Source: a virus. From it: a stretch of DNA of 64,000 nucleotides. Below the pieces are notes generated by a model that searched no databases, had not been told where the DNA came from, and saw only the letters and a program-made list of their open reading frames with translations. Below, piece by piece: positions 29,168 to 38,799 of the stretch (within the stretch, counting starts at the first letter, position 1; the number at the start of each line of letters is the position of its first letter). The position numbers and the translations under genes were made by a program. The stretch spans positions 13,383 to 77,382 of IMG/VR virus record IMGVR_UViG_3300022602_002157; one strand, given 5' to 3'.

Positions 29168-29560
29168 ATGAAAAAACTTACTGCATTACTAGTTTTAATA
29201 TCACTAACAGGCTGCGCACAAGTAGGTAAACTCACAGATATGATTCCAAGTCGTTGGGATCCTAATCAAAGCAAAATTGTTACAGACCTTCGTCAAAGCA
29301 CACAAAATTTTGATTGTTCACAAGATGTTTCTAGTCAGTTAAAAAACATCTATGCTGAAGTTCAATGGTTTGAATTATACAGCGAAAGCAAGAACACAAA
29401 AGACGTACTACACCTTGTAGAAACACTAAAAGACACAACAACTGAATTCAATGATAGATTGAAACAGGGACCAGTAAGTCCATTGTATTGTGATCTAAAG
29501 AAAAAAATCTTAATACAAGAAGCCGATACAATTGCACATACTGTGCAAGGGAGATGGTAA
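29168..29560 (+). CDS. Lipoprotein
   Basis: MKK, a hydrophobic stretch and lipobox LTGC. Confidence 0.8.
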   Translation: MKKLTALLVLISLTGCAQVGKLTDMIPSRWDPNQSKIVTDLRQSTQNFDCSQDVSSQLKNIYAEVQWFELYSESKNTKDVLHLVETLKDTTTEFNDRLKQGPVSPLYCDLKKKILIQEADTIAHTVQGRW

Positions 29561-29561
29561 C

Positions 29562-29798
29562 ATGCAACAACAATTAGAACAACTAGCAACAGTTAACGCA
29601 CCATGGGCACAACAACGTGCCCAATATGCATTGCAAGTAGGACAGGCTGTTCAACAAGGACAGTTAAGTCCAAGTGAGGCTAAAGAAATATTAGCCGATT
29701 TAATCAACGTAGATAAACTAAACCAAGAAGCCTCAGACGATGAAATGAGAGCGGCATTAGTGTTTGGTGTTACACAACTAGCAATGATGCTAGGTTAA
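29562..29798 (+). CDS. Small hypothetical protein
   Basis: ATG 29562 lies just after the lipoprotein stop. Confidence 0.7.
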   Translation: MQQQLEQLATVNAPWAQQRAQYALQVGQAVQQGQLSPSEAKEILADLINVDKLNQEASDDEMRAALVFGVTQLAMMLG

Positions 29799-29802
29799 AA
29801 GA

Positions 29803-29876
29803 ACTCAGCCTTAGGACCGAGTACGCGGCTACTGCGTGAACAAATAGAATTCGCTACTCTATTTGTCAAAGTGAGC
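29803..29876 (+). ncRNA. Candidate structured RNA with two pseudoknots
   Basis: P1 ACTC/GAGT, P2 ACGC/GCGT, loop-loop AGCC/GGCT, P3 ACAAATAGA/TCTATTTGT, loop TTCGCT pairing with downstream AGTGAG. GC-rich intergenic island. Confidence 0.5.
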
Positions 29877-29971
29877 ACCTACCAACTTATTGTATACATA
29901 TATTTCGCTTGCCGGTTGTATTAAATACATACTCATATTGTACTTACAACAATAATAATAAAGGTGAAAAT

Positions 29972-31486
29972 ATGAAAAGAATACTAAAAGCAATTGGTAC
30001 ATCAGTCCTTATGGCCGCATTGTCAGTCAATGCCCTAGCACAATCTACCAGTACTACGGGAACATCTTCTGCAAACAGCAGTGGAACCATTACAAATAAT
30101 AATACATTAATCAATCAAGGTGGATATAGTTCAAGTTCACTGGTTGATACTAATAGCACAAGCAACAGTACTAGTGCTGTTTTTACAAATAGCAATACAA
30201 ACAGCAACAGTAATAGCACAAGTACTTCAACTGTTAATAGTAACAGTAACTCAACTGCTACGGCTACAAATAACAATAATAACGTTAGCACCAGTACTAG
30301 CACTTCAGTTAATACAAACAACAATATTCAAAGTGGTACTGTAACTAACATCAATCAGAATACCAACAATGGTACTATGACGTATAACAATAACAACGTC
30401 AATAGTGGTACAATGACCTATAATAACAACAACGTTAATACAGGTACAATGACCAACAACAATAATAACGTTAATACATCAACTTCATCAAGCACTAGTG
30501 TTAATACAAACAACAATGTTAATACTGGTACTATGACATATAATAACAACAACGTTAATGCGTCAACTTCAACTAGTACAAACGTTAATACAAATAATAA
30601 TATTAACAGTGGTACTATGACATATAACAATAATAATGCAAGTACTTCATCAAGCACTAACGTTAATACAAATAACAATATTAACAGTGGTACAATGACT
30701 TACAATAATAACAATGTAAGCACAAGTAACAATGTTAATACAAACAACAATATTAACAGCGGTACAATGACATATAATAACAATAATGTCACAACTAGCA
30801 ACAACGTTAATCAAAATAATAACGTCAATACTAGTACGAGTACAGCAACCAACACCAATAACAATAATAATGTAAGCACCAGTAACAATGTTAACCAAAA
30901 TATTAACACTGGTACAATGACTAACATTAACCAAAATACATCTGCGGTAACAAGTCAAAACACTAATACTAACAATAACAACAATAATAGTACTAGCAAC
31001 AACGTCAACCAAAACATTCAAAGTGGTAGTATGACAAATAACAATAACAATAACAGTAACATTACTGAAAAAGTTATTCAGCCTCCACCAACAGCAGTTG
31101 CTCCTGCAATGTTAAGTGGTGGTAACCCTGATCTATGTACAACAGGTACTAGTGGTTCAGTACAAACACAAATCTTTGGCGTTGCTAGTGGTGGTACTAA
31201 CCGTGACATGAATTGCGAAAGATTAAAAATCTCTAAAACACTTTATGACATGGGCATGAAAGTAGCCGCTGTTGCTACAATGTGTCAAGACCGTCGTGTA
31301 TTTGACGCTATGATGGCAGCAGGCACCCCTTGCCCATACGAAGGTAAAATTGGTGATCAAGCCAAAGACGAGTGGGAAACACATCCAGAAAAACTACCAA
31401 AAGTAGAAAAGGAAAAGAGAGATGACACATATGAAAAAGTGGGCATTGGCGCTTTGCTTGGTGCTCTTGTCTTCAAACTTTTCTAA
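29972..31486 (+). CDS. Secreted/membrane-anchored Asn-rich repeat protein
   Basis: Signal peptide; repeats of N[I/V]N[S/T]GTMTYNNNN; Cys-containing C-terminal domain and terminal hydrophobic helix. TAAATA at 29922-29927. Confidence 0.8.
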   Translation: MKRILKAIGTSVLMAALSVNALAQSTSTTGTSSANSSGTITNNNTLINQGGYSSSSLVDTNSTSNSTSAVFTNSNTNSNSNSTSTSTVNSNSNSTATATNNNNNVSTSTSTSVNTNNNIQSGTVTNINQNTNNGTMTYNNNNVNSGTMTYNNNNVNTGTMTNNNNNVNTSTSSSTSVNTNNNVNTGTMTYNNNNVNASTSTSTNVNTNNNINSGTMTYNNNNASTSSSTNVNTNNNINSGTMTYNNNNVSTSNNVNTNNNINSGTMTYNNNNVTTSNNVNQNNNVNTSTSTATNTNNNNNVSTSNNVNQNINTGTMTNINQNTSAVTSQNTNTNNNNNNSTSNNVNQNIQSGSMTNNNNNNSNITEKVIQPPPTAVAPAMLSGGNPDLCTTGTSGSVQTQIFGVASGGTNRDMNCERLKISKTLYDMGMKVAAVATMCQDRRVFDAMMAAGTPCPYEGKIGDQAKDEWETHPEKLPKVEKEKRDDTYEKVGIGALLGALVFKLF

Positions 31487-34130
31487 CGCACAAACTGTTA
31501 GTGTAAATAGTACCAGTGGTCAAGTAGATACTGCTGGTACTGTAGCAAGTTCAGGTAATGTGCTAAACCTAGGTGGTGGATTACCATGGGATAATACTGT
31601 AACAGGACAAGCAGGTGGTCTTAGCGGTGGTTGGACTCCTGCGTATAATCCCAATACTGGCAATATCATTTTTGGTTATAACAATCAAACAGTAAGTCAA
31701 ACAGTTGCAATCAATCAAGCACTATCTAAAGCAGGTACAGGTATACAACTATCAGGATATAGTTATTCATGGGGTATCAACAACGACTTGAACAATGGTA
31801 GTGGTAACAGAGGCACACTAACCGGCAATGTTAGTTTAAATAATCCAAATGGGTATTCATTAGAAAGTTACAACTATGATTATAGTGGTGTAAACACAGG
31901 TGGAAACTTTCAAACATTTAACGGTACGCAAATGTTTTCTAATCAATATCAACTATCTCAAGTGTCTTCAATTACAGTAAGTTTTACAGGTCATGATCAA
32001 AACTGGTGGGCTGGTTATTGGGGCCCTAGAGTTCACGTTAATGATTTTAGTTTATTGTATAGTGTAAACCCTTGTACTACTAATCCTGCATATAGTCCTA
32101 GTTGTTCAGGTTTTAGTAAGATTGTTACCAGTGATAACTTATTACCAAATCCAAATCTAGTAGTTAGCGGTGATGCTGTAGGATACAATAGTTTTGCAGT
32201 TAATACTGCACTTAAAAATAGTGGTTCAGGTGTTGAAGTTTACGGATTTAATTATGGTTACAATTATAGTTTAGGCAACGGCACATATGGATGTACTGCT
32301 ACTAACCAAGATGGTTCTTGCAGTTGGTATATGACAACTAATCCATCTGCACAGGTAAAAGTACGATTAACAGATAGTTCTAATAATCAAATTTATCTAG
32401 CAGGACAAAATTGGTCAACACCGAATACTGCGGCAAATGTGTCATATCAATTTTTACTTCCCAGCACAACAAATTCAACATCATTAGGTACATTTACTAT
32501 GGGCGCATTGACCTCAGGTAATGCGGCAGTTCAAAATATGTTTGCTACTGCATTATATAAACCTGATCCATGTGTATCAAATCCATTATCTAGTACAAGT
32601 TGTCCTGGTTATGCAGCCGCGTATGCTCAACAATTAGCATTAAATTCTATTTCATCATCATCTACATCATCAGGTAATAGTAATGCTAACACAGCACAGA
32701 CTGTGGCAAATCAAGCACAGCAGGCTGCACAGCCTGCTCCCGCACCGGCAAATCCTGCACCACAACCTGCTCCTCAACCACAACAGCAACAAAGTGATCC
32801 AACTCAACAGGCAGCGGCACCTGCAACACAATCACAACCTGCTCCTCAACAACAACAGCAACAAGCACAGAACTCTGGGCAACAACAAGCACAACCTGCA
32901 GGTCAAGTTCAAGTTGTGCAAACAAGTGATCCCAAAGCAAATTTACCAGCCGCACCACAACAGGCTGCAAATCAACCAGGAGCACCTAGTGCTGGCACAC
33001 AACCAGTTGCGCAAGCAGGACAGCCTCAACAATCTGCACCAAAAGCAGGTGGTCCAAGTAATTTGTCTACAGCATTAAGTACAATTGCTAAAAACCAAGA
33101 ACAACAAAAACAAATTGAAACTACCACTGTACAAGCGTCAATTGCGCAAGCAAATCAAGCAAGTGCAACTGCACAACAAACTGCACTAAATGTTGTAAGT
33201 GCTGTTAATAATTCAGTTGCCGCAAGTTCTGCCCAATCAGTATCAACTGCAAACGCTGTTGCTACCACTTCAGTTGCTAGTGGTTCTTCAAGTACTTCAA
33301 GTTATAATAGTAACTCACAAATGAGTATTCAAACAGGTGTTACTAGTTCAACTCAATCAGTATTAAGCGCATCACAAGCATTAGCAAGTTCAAGTAGCAC
33401 TAGAACTTCTACAACTAATCAAAATAACATAGTAAGTACAAATGTTACTCAAACTACACAAACTACTAGTGTGTTTGCTCCTACAACTACACAAGTTACA
33501 TCTACAAGTAATGCAACAAATACCAATACAAACATTCAAGCAAGTAATCCAGTTGCTAATGTTCAACAAACTCAAACTGTAGCAACTAGTACTTCAACGT
33601 TACCAACTAATAATACACCTACTGTGCAAAATAGTTTACAGCAAAATCAAAATGCAGGTGCTGTTGCGATTCAAACACCTCAACAGCAATCTACAATGGT
33701 AGCAAGTGTTCAACAATCTTCATTATATTCACTAACACCAAACACTACTTTTGGTACAACAGTAGAAACAATCAATAATAACAATGTTAATCTATTGAGT
33801 AGAACAAGTCCTATTGCTGAGGCAATAAATAAAGCACCAACAATAGATACAAATACCAAAACTGAAACAGCAAATAATCAACCTGCTGTTAATCAGAAAG
33901 TAGAACAGAATGAATTAGCAGGTAAAGTAGAACTTGCTAAAATGGCAATTGCCCCTACTAACTATGGAAGTTACTTAAACTTCACATTAAAGGATGCGGC
34001 ATTCTATGCGCCAAAAGAAATTTATAGAAATCAATCTACGGTTGATAATAGCAGAGCGTTAAGGAAGTTAAGTTCAGACAGTTTATTTGAAAAAATGGTC
34101 GAACTACAATACAAGGAGAGTAAACAATGA
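31431..34130 (+). CDS. Large secreted protein with duplicated domain and Gln/Pro/Ser/Thr-rich stalk
   Basis: Signal peptide MKKWALALCLVLLSSNFSNA; two domains each ending PCxxNPxxSxSCxG[F/Y]. Confidence 0.8.
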   Translation: MKKWALALCLVLLSSNFSNAQTVSVNSTSGQVDTAGTVASSGNVLNLGGGLPWDNTVTGQAGGLSGGWTPAYNPNTGNIIFGYNNQTVSQTVAINQALSKAGTGIQLSGYSYSWGINNDLNNGSGNRGTLTGNVSLNNPNGYSLESYNYDYSGVNTGGNFQTFNGTQMFSNQYQLSQVSSITVSFTGHDQNWWAGYWGPRVHVNDFSLLYSVNPCTTNPAYSPSCSGFSKIVTSDNLLPNPNLVVSGDAVGYNSFAVNTALKNSGSGVEVYGFNYGYNYSLGNGTYGCTATNQDGSCSWYMTTNPSAQVKVRLTDSSNNQIYLAGQNWSTPNTAANVSYQFLLPSTTNSTSLGTFTMGALTSGNAAVQNMFATALYKPDPCVSNPLSSTSCPGYAAAYAQQLALNSISSSSTSSGNSNANTAQTVANQAQQAAQPAPAPANPAPQPAPQPQQQQSDPTQQAAAPATQSQPAPQQQQQQAQNSGQQQAQPAGQVQVVQTSDPKANLPAAPQQAANQPGAPSAGTQPVAQAGQPQQSAPKAGGPSNLSTALSTIAKNQEQQKQIETTTVQASIAQANQASATAQQTALNVVSAVNNSVAASSAQSVSTANAVATTSVASGSSSTSSYNSNSQMSIQTGVTSSTQSVLSASQALASSSSTRTSTTNQNNIVSTNVTQTTQTTSVFAPTTTQVTSTSNATNTNTNIQASNPVANVQQTQTVATSTSTLPTNNTPTVQNSLQQNQNAGAVAIQTPQQQSTMVASVQQSSLYSLTPNTTFGTTVETINNNNVNLLSRTSPIAEAINKAPTIDTNTKTETANNQPAVNQKVEQNELAGKVELAKMAIAPTNYGSYLNFTLKDAAFYAPKEIYRNQSTVDNSRALRKLSSDSLFEKMVELQYKESKQ

Positions 34131-34693
34131 CAGAAGAAATTAAAAGTGTTGATGAAAAAATCGACCAAGTAGAAGACGCAGTAAAGAAGTATGCGAGTAA
34201 AGATACAGTTATTAGCATTGGTGGGTATGAATTTACACCAGCAAAACTAATGGTTGCATTCACAATTGCATCTTCAATACTAGGTGGACTTTATGGTTGC
34301 TTTGAAGTGTATAAAGACTATCAAAGTATGAGATACAAAATTGACCATTACGTTGCACCAGACTTGTCAGAATTTGACAAGCGTTTAGCAGTACTAGAAA
34401 AGAATAGCCAACAGGCTACTGACTATACTTCAGAAATCAAGACAGATTTGAAAAACGATATCCGTCGTTTGGATACTGTTGTTGATGATGTTGAACGTAA
34501 TGCTAAACAAAGCCAACGTGAAACTGATGCCCAAGTAAGAGATATGCGTACCGAAATGCGTAGTATCCATACTGATGTTGATGCTACACTAAAAGCCAAT
34601 ACTAAAGAAACTCAAGCCCAAATGAAAGAGTTGAAAGCAGAATTGGATAGTAAAATCAAAAAGGCATTGGATAACCCATTAGCAAACAAGTAA
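34127..34693 (+). CDS. Single-TM coiled-coil protein
   Basis: TM segment LMVAFTIASSILGGLYG followed by a long heptad region. Confidence 0.75.
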   Translation: MTEEIKSVDEKIDQVEDAVKKYASKDTVISIGGYEFTPAKLMVAFTIASSILGGLYGCFEVYKDYQSMRYKIDHYVAPDLSEFDKRLAVLEKNSQQATDYTSEIKTDLKNDIRRLDTVVDDVERNAKQSQRETDAQVRDMRTEMRSIHTDVDATLKANTKETQAQMKELKAELDSKIKKALDNPLANK

Positions 34694-34785
34694 TGCAATA
34701 ACTATTAATTTTATTGTCATGTTTGACATGCTAAATATTATTAGTGTTGTCTCAAAAACAACACGTTAACTTAAAAAGGAAAATT

Positions 34786-35340
34786 ATGAAAAACTTAGTA
34801 ACAGCGTTAGTATTGGCAGTAGCGATTCCTACAATGGCACTCGCAGGTGAAGTATCTGGTGAGTATCGTGCAGGAACAAATTCAGGCCCAACTGGATACG
34901 ACTTTCAGGCAGCAGGTTCTATAGGCAAGATCAATTTGGGTGCAGAAGTTGAATCAATTCAACCTAAGCATGAAGGTGCAGTTGCCGATTTGTTCGCAGT
35001 TAAAGCCGGTCCTCAATTACCAGAAGTCGCTGGATTCAAGCCAGTCGCTAATTTGCAATTGGGTCGTAGCGAAACAACAGGTAAGGACTTTGATTTCTAC
35101 GGTGTAGATTTAGGAGTTTCACACTCTGTATTTGGTCCAGTATCAGCATCAGTTGAATATCGCCGTCGTCAAGGCTTTAAGGCTGAAAACTTAAAGCAAG
35201 ACCGTTTAAGCGCAGGCTTAGAAATGGCTTTCAACAAGAAGACTGCTTTAACAGCAACTTACTACCGTGATCGTAACGATCTAGTTGCTACAAATAAAGA
35301 TAGCAACGTAATCGGTGTTGGTTTAAAGCATAGTTTCTAA
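34786..35340 (+). CDS. Outer-membrane beta-barrel (porin-like) protein
   Basis: Signal peptide, alternating amphipathic strands and a C-terminal beta-signal IGVGLKHSF. TAAATA at 34732-34737. Confidence 0.8.
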   Translation: MKNLVTALVLAVAIPTMALAGEVSGEYRAGTNSGPTGYDFQAAGSIGKINLGAEVESIQPKHEGAVADLFAVKAGPQLPEVAGFKPVANLQLGRSETTGKDFDFYGVDLGVSHSVFGPVSASVEYRRRQGFKAENLKQDRLSAGLEMAFNKKTALTATYYRDRNDLVATNKDSNVIGVGLKHSF

Positions 35341-35342
35341 TA

Positions 35343-36080
35343 TTAGAGTTTCGTATATACGAAATATAGTCTATTATTAGCATCTTTCTTGAATTCGTCA
35401 AGCGATAAATTAAATTTCTTGGCGAATTCATGTGCTACTTCAAAAGACCAAGCAAAAACGTCAACCCAGGGACCTTTCACATGTTGAATCCCTGGGTTTA
35501 CTCTAAAGAACATCTTTCCATTAGCCGCTAACATTTTCACACAGTTAGCAATTCTTGCTTCAATATCTTGTTTGCTATTAAAATTAATTGACCCAAGGGC
35601 AATAATAGCATCATAACTTTCATCTACTGCTGAAAATTCCAAAATATCAACCATATAATCTGCGCAGTTATTGTATGGATCAATACCAATAAGATTATTG
35701 ATTCTGCCCTTAAATTGATTATATCCACATCCAACATCTAGTACAGCCCTAGGATTAAGTCTATTGACTTCTTCAACTAGTTGCCATCCTGTATAACCAT
35801 ATATTTCAGTTTGCGGTTTCCAAATTTCTCCAAAGAACATTCCTGAATACTTGATATCTAAGTCATTAACGATTTGTTCTACAGTACCAGCATCAATATT
35901 AAAAGGTACACTAAGTGTGTTTTCTAATTTATTTTTTAATTTTGTAAGTCTAGCAGGTGTCAATGGTAACGCATTAACTACTGTGTTTTTACACAATTGG
36001 TTACGAATTTCGTCATACTTAGGTAAATTCAACGCCTCTGTCAAATTTTCCATTACAAGTTTATAAATTTTGTTGTTCAT
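35343..36080 (-). CDS. Class I SAM-dependent methyltransferase with extra N-terminal helical domain
   Basis: VLDVGCG, GIDP and YDAIIALGS. Confidence 0.85.
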   Translation of the reverse strand: MNNKIYKLVMENLTEALNLPKYDEIRNQLCKNTVVNALPLTPARLTKLKNKLENTLSVPFNIDAGTVEQIVNDLDIKYSGMFFGEIWKPQTEIYGYTGWQLVEEVNRLNPRAVLDVGCGYNQFKGRINNLIGIDPYNNCADYMVDILEFSAVDESYDAIIALGSINFNSKQDIEARIANCVKMLAANGKMFFRVNPGIQHVKGPWVDVFAWSFEVAHEFAKKFNLSLDEFKKDANNRLYFVYTKL

Positions 36081-36179
36081 TGGAATTTCCTCTATTTAAT
36101 GATAAATATTTCATGTGATATGAATTTTCATTAAATACTTATCACATACATGCATGATTCAATAAAAAGGAGAATACTC

Positions 36180-36878
36180 ATGAGTTCAGCAAAAGAATTT
36201 GTTGCGAAAATCGTAGCAGACAACCAAGCACTTTTCGAAGCATCAAAGATTAATGTCAAGGCTTACTTTGACAGCAATCCTAGCCAAGAAGCGTTAGTTG
36301 AGCATTTCGTTGGCCGTATGGTTAACGAGCGTATGAACATGGTAGAAATCAGCAAAGCAATTGCTGATATGCCTGCAAACGCAGACCCAGTAGAGTTACA
36401 ATTGTTAACTCAACAAGCACATGATGAAGCAGTACACTTCCGTTTAGTTAAGGAAGTTATTGAACACATCACTGGTTCAGAATTAGACGTTGAAGCCGCA
36501 ATCGCTGCCGAGGCTGCAAAGCCAACAGCAAAAGGTGCTGGTCTTCTTGCTAAGTATGAAGCAGAAACAGATGCAGCCGCATTAGCAGCCTATCAATTAG
36601 TTGCTGAAGGTCGTGCTGAAGCCGTTTGGAATCAAATGGCAGAATGCATTTCTGATGAATTCATCAGTGGCGCATATGCTAAGATTGCTAAGGACGAAGG
36701 TTTCCACAGCAAGATTGGCGCACGTAAATTAGAAACTTTAGTATCAGACGAAGCAACACAAGTTCGTATTGAGAAGTTAGTTGCTAATATGCGTAAAGAC
36801 TTATTCGAAATTAGTTGCAAGAACACAATGGAAGTTCCAGCTGCTAAAGAATTAGTTTCAGCCGCTTACGGATGGTAA
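36180..36878 (+). CDS. Ferritin-like di-iron protein
   Basis: Two DExxH motifs (DEAVH, DEGFH) with upstream Glu ligands. ATG 36180 behind AGGAG; TAAATA at 36132-36137. Confidence 0.8.
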   Translation: MSSAKEFVAKIVADNQALFEASKINVKAYFDSNPSQEALVEHFVGRMVNERMNMVEISKAIADMPANADPVELQLLTQQAHDEAVHFRLVKEVIEHITGSELDVEAAIAAEAAKPTAKGAGLLAKYEAETDAAALAAYQLVAEGRAEAVWNQMAECISDEFISGAYAKIAKDEGFHSKIGARKLETLVSDEATQVRIEKLVANMRKDLFEISCKNTMEVPAAKELVSAAYGW

Positions 36879-36879
36879 T

Positions 36880-37431
36880 TTGAAAATAGGATTAAGTCAA
36901 CGAATCCTATTTCATAAAGGGAGGGCGTATGATTGTATAGAACATGGTTGGTACAACCTGTTAAGCGATCATACGCTTTTCTATTTGCCTAATAGATTAG
37001 ATCAGGATTTTGATAGTATAGCAGACAACTTGGATGCGTTCATTATCACAGGTGGTGATGACAGCACACTAAGACGTACAGTTGAGATTAAGTTAGCAAC
37101 TAAAGTTATGCAACGTAATAAACCAGTGATTGGAGTATGCCATGGTGCATTTTTAATTACTGATTTATTAGGTGGTGTAGTAGAAGAAGTTGAACATCAC
37201 ATGGATACTACTCATTTTGTAATGTACAATGGTGATGTAGTAGATGTGAATAGTTATCACAACTTAGCAATTAAAAAATTACATAATAGCGGTACAGCAT
37301 TATGTATAGATGAATCGGGAAACATAGAATCATTTATCGATGGCAAATTAGCAGGTATAGTATGGCACCCAGAAAGAATGAAGACACCGTGGATGCCTAA
37401 TGAAATTAAACAATTGATTGGAGTAAAATAA
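36880..37431 (+). CDS. Class I glutamine amidotransferase / peptidase C26 (PuuD-like)
   Basis: TGGDD, GVCHG (nucleophile Cys), VNSYH and WHPE. Confidence 0.85.
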   Translation: MKIGLSQRILFHKGRAYDCIEHGWYNLLSDHTLFYLPNRLDQDFDSIADNLDAFIITGGDDSTLRRTVEIKLATKVMQRNKPVIGVCHGAFLITDLLGGVVEEVEHHMDTTHFVMYNGDVVDVNSYHNLAIKKLHNSGTALCIDESGNIESFIDGKLAGIVWHPERMKTPWMPNEIKQLIGVK

Positions 37432-37432
37432 A

Positions 37433-38098
37433 ATGATGCGAAATGTTAAAGGTGTTTTTAACACAAGCGATAGATGGCCATTAAAACTCACCAAAGTTGA
37501 AAGTAATGAATCTAAAAAGATGGATAAAACGCCCGGTACATATTATGTACTTACACGTAATGCTGACTTGATCGGAGACAATGTAAAGTTTGAAAAAGTT
37601 AACGGGGCATTTTGTTTTAATCATCATTTTACTGTTAGATGCGGGCCGCAATCATCTGCTGTCATCATTGAATATTTAGGATTACATTTAGAAGAAAGCA
37701 GATATTATGTACAGCAAGATTTGGGTATAGGAAACTTAAGTTATATGGATGGTGGTACAAACACAACTGCTGTTAATCCAGGTCGTTTAGGAGATCCAGT
37801 AGTTAACTATGTACACTTTCCTGCAAACATGTACCAAACATTGCATACACATCCAAGCCATAGAATTGGGATGATATTAAAAGGCAATGGTAAAATCGAA
37901 TTAGATAACGAAGAATACTTTGACGTAAATGAGGGTGAAGTATTTTTTATGCAAAGAAACGTATTACACAATTTTATCACAGAAGACGAACCTGTAGTAT
38001 TATATGTGTTTGCTCCTGACAGTGGTACAGGTCCTACCGATGAAGTCAATCCATTAAAGATCAGAACTTACGTTGGACAACAACGATATACAAGATGA
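37433..38098 (+). CDS. Cupin-domain protein
   Basis: HTHPSHR...G.G...GEVFFM..NVLHNF cupin motifs 1 and 2. Confidence 0.8.
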   Translation: MMRNVKGVFNTSDRWPLKLTKVESNESKKMDKTPGTYYVLTRNADLIGDNVKFEKVNGAFCFNHHFTVRCGPQSSAVIIEYLGLHLEESRYYVQQDLGIGNLSYMDGGTNTTAVNPGRLGDPVVNYVHFPANMYQTLHTHPSHRIGMILKGNGKIELDNEEYFDVNEGEVFFMQRNVLHNFITEDEPVVLYVFAPDSGTGPTDEVNPLKIRTYVGQQRYTR

Positions 38099-38799
38099 AC
38101 TTTGATGCAGACAACTTTGTTATAGTTGCATTTCCTAGATACGCAGGTGGAAAATTTTTAATCAACTGTTTAGGTCTTAGTGATGATGCAGTATTACAAG
38201 ATAAATCATTGGCAGAAAAACAATTAAATGGTAATTTTTCACATGATGATAAAATCAATTATATACTCATCAAATTATCTAATGAAGCAGATTATAAAAA
38301 TCAAAAAAACTGGATGGATTTAGATTTAGGATGTGATCTTTTGCTAGGGCATCATGAAACTTGGTATGAAAAAAAAGAACCTATACAATATTTTGATATA
38401 GTTAATACATTATCAAATAGAAGTGAAAAATTTTTTATTGTTGCACATAAGTCATACAATGTTGCAAACATAATTAAAATTTGGAAAAATGCCAAAATAA
38501 TATTTTTTACCAATACATTACATTTTAGACATTTACGAATAGGTATGGATAACCATTCAGTTCTTGACCCTAAATGGGAAACTAAATGCAAACAATTAAT
38601 TAAAGAAGAAAATTTTAAAAACCTGTATTACTTTGACACTAATAATTATTTTAGTGAAGAGAAAACAGTTAATGGTGTAAAAGAATTATACCAACAATTA
38701 AATTTAAAAGGGTTTAATGAAACATCGATTTCACTATATTATAAAGAATGGATTAAAAAATGTCTGCCATTGGAACTAGTAAAACTAAAAAACTCTTGA
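38095..38799 (+). CDS. Hypothetical, sulfotransferase/P-loop-like (AT-rich insert)
   Basis: N-terminal FPRYAGGKFL resembles a 5'-PSB loop. Confidence 0.4.
   Translation: MNFDADNFVIVAFPRYAGGKFLINCLGLSDDAVLQDKSLAEKQLNGNFSHDDKINYILIKLSNEADYKNQKNWMDLDLGCDLLLGHHETWYEKKEPIQYFDIVNTLSNRSEKFFIVAHKSYNVANIIKIWKNAKIIFFTNTLHFRHLRIGMDNHSVLDPKWETKCKQLIKEENFKNLYYFDTNNYFSEEKTVNGVKELYQQLNLKGFNETSISLYYKEWIKKCLPLELVKLKNS

Noticed and set aside
29803-29876. tRNA or intrinsic terminator
   Set aside because: No cloverleaf, T-loop or CCA end, and no U-tract after the stems.
30115-33575. Leu/Val-rich alternative-frame and antisense ORFs that look like membrane proteins
   Set aside because: They are artefacts of the AAC/AAT/CAA-rich repeats on the coding strand.
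36113-36147. CRP-like site (ATGTGATA...TATCACAT) between the divergent genes
   Set aside because: The half-sites are 19 nt apart rather than in the TGTGA-N6-TCACA geometry, and could arise by chance in AT-rich DNA.
36180-36878. Ribonucleotide reductase beta subunit
   Set aside because: It has di-iron motifs but is short and lacks recognisable R2 radical-Tyr context, and there is no alpha subunit nearby.
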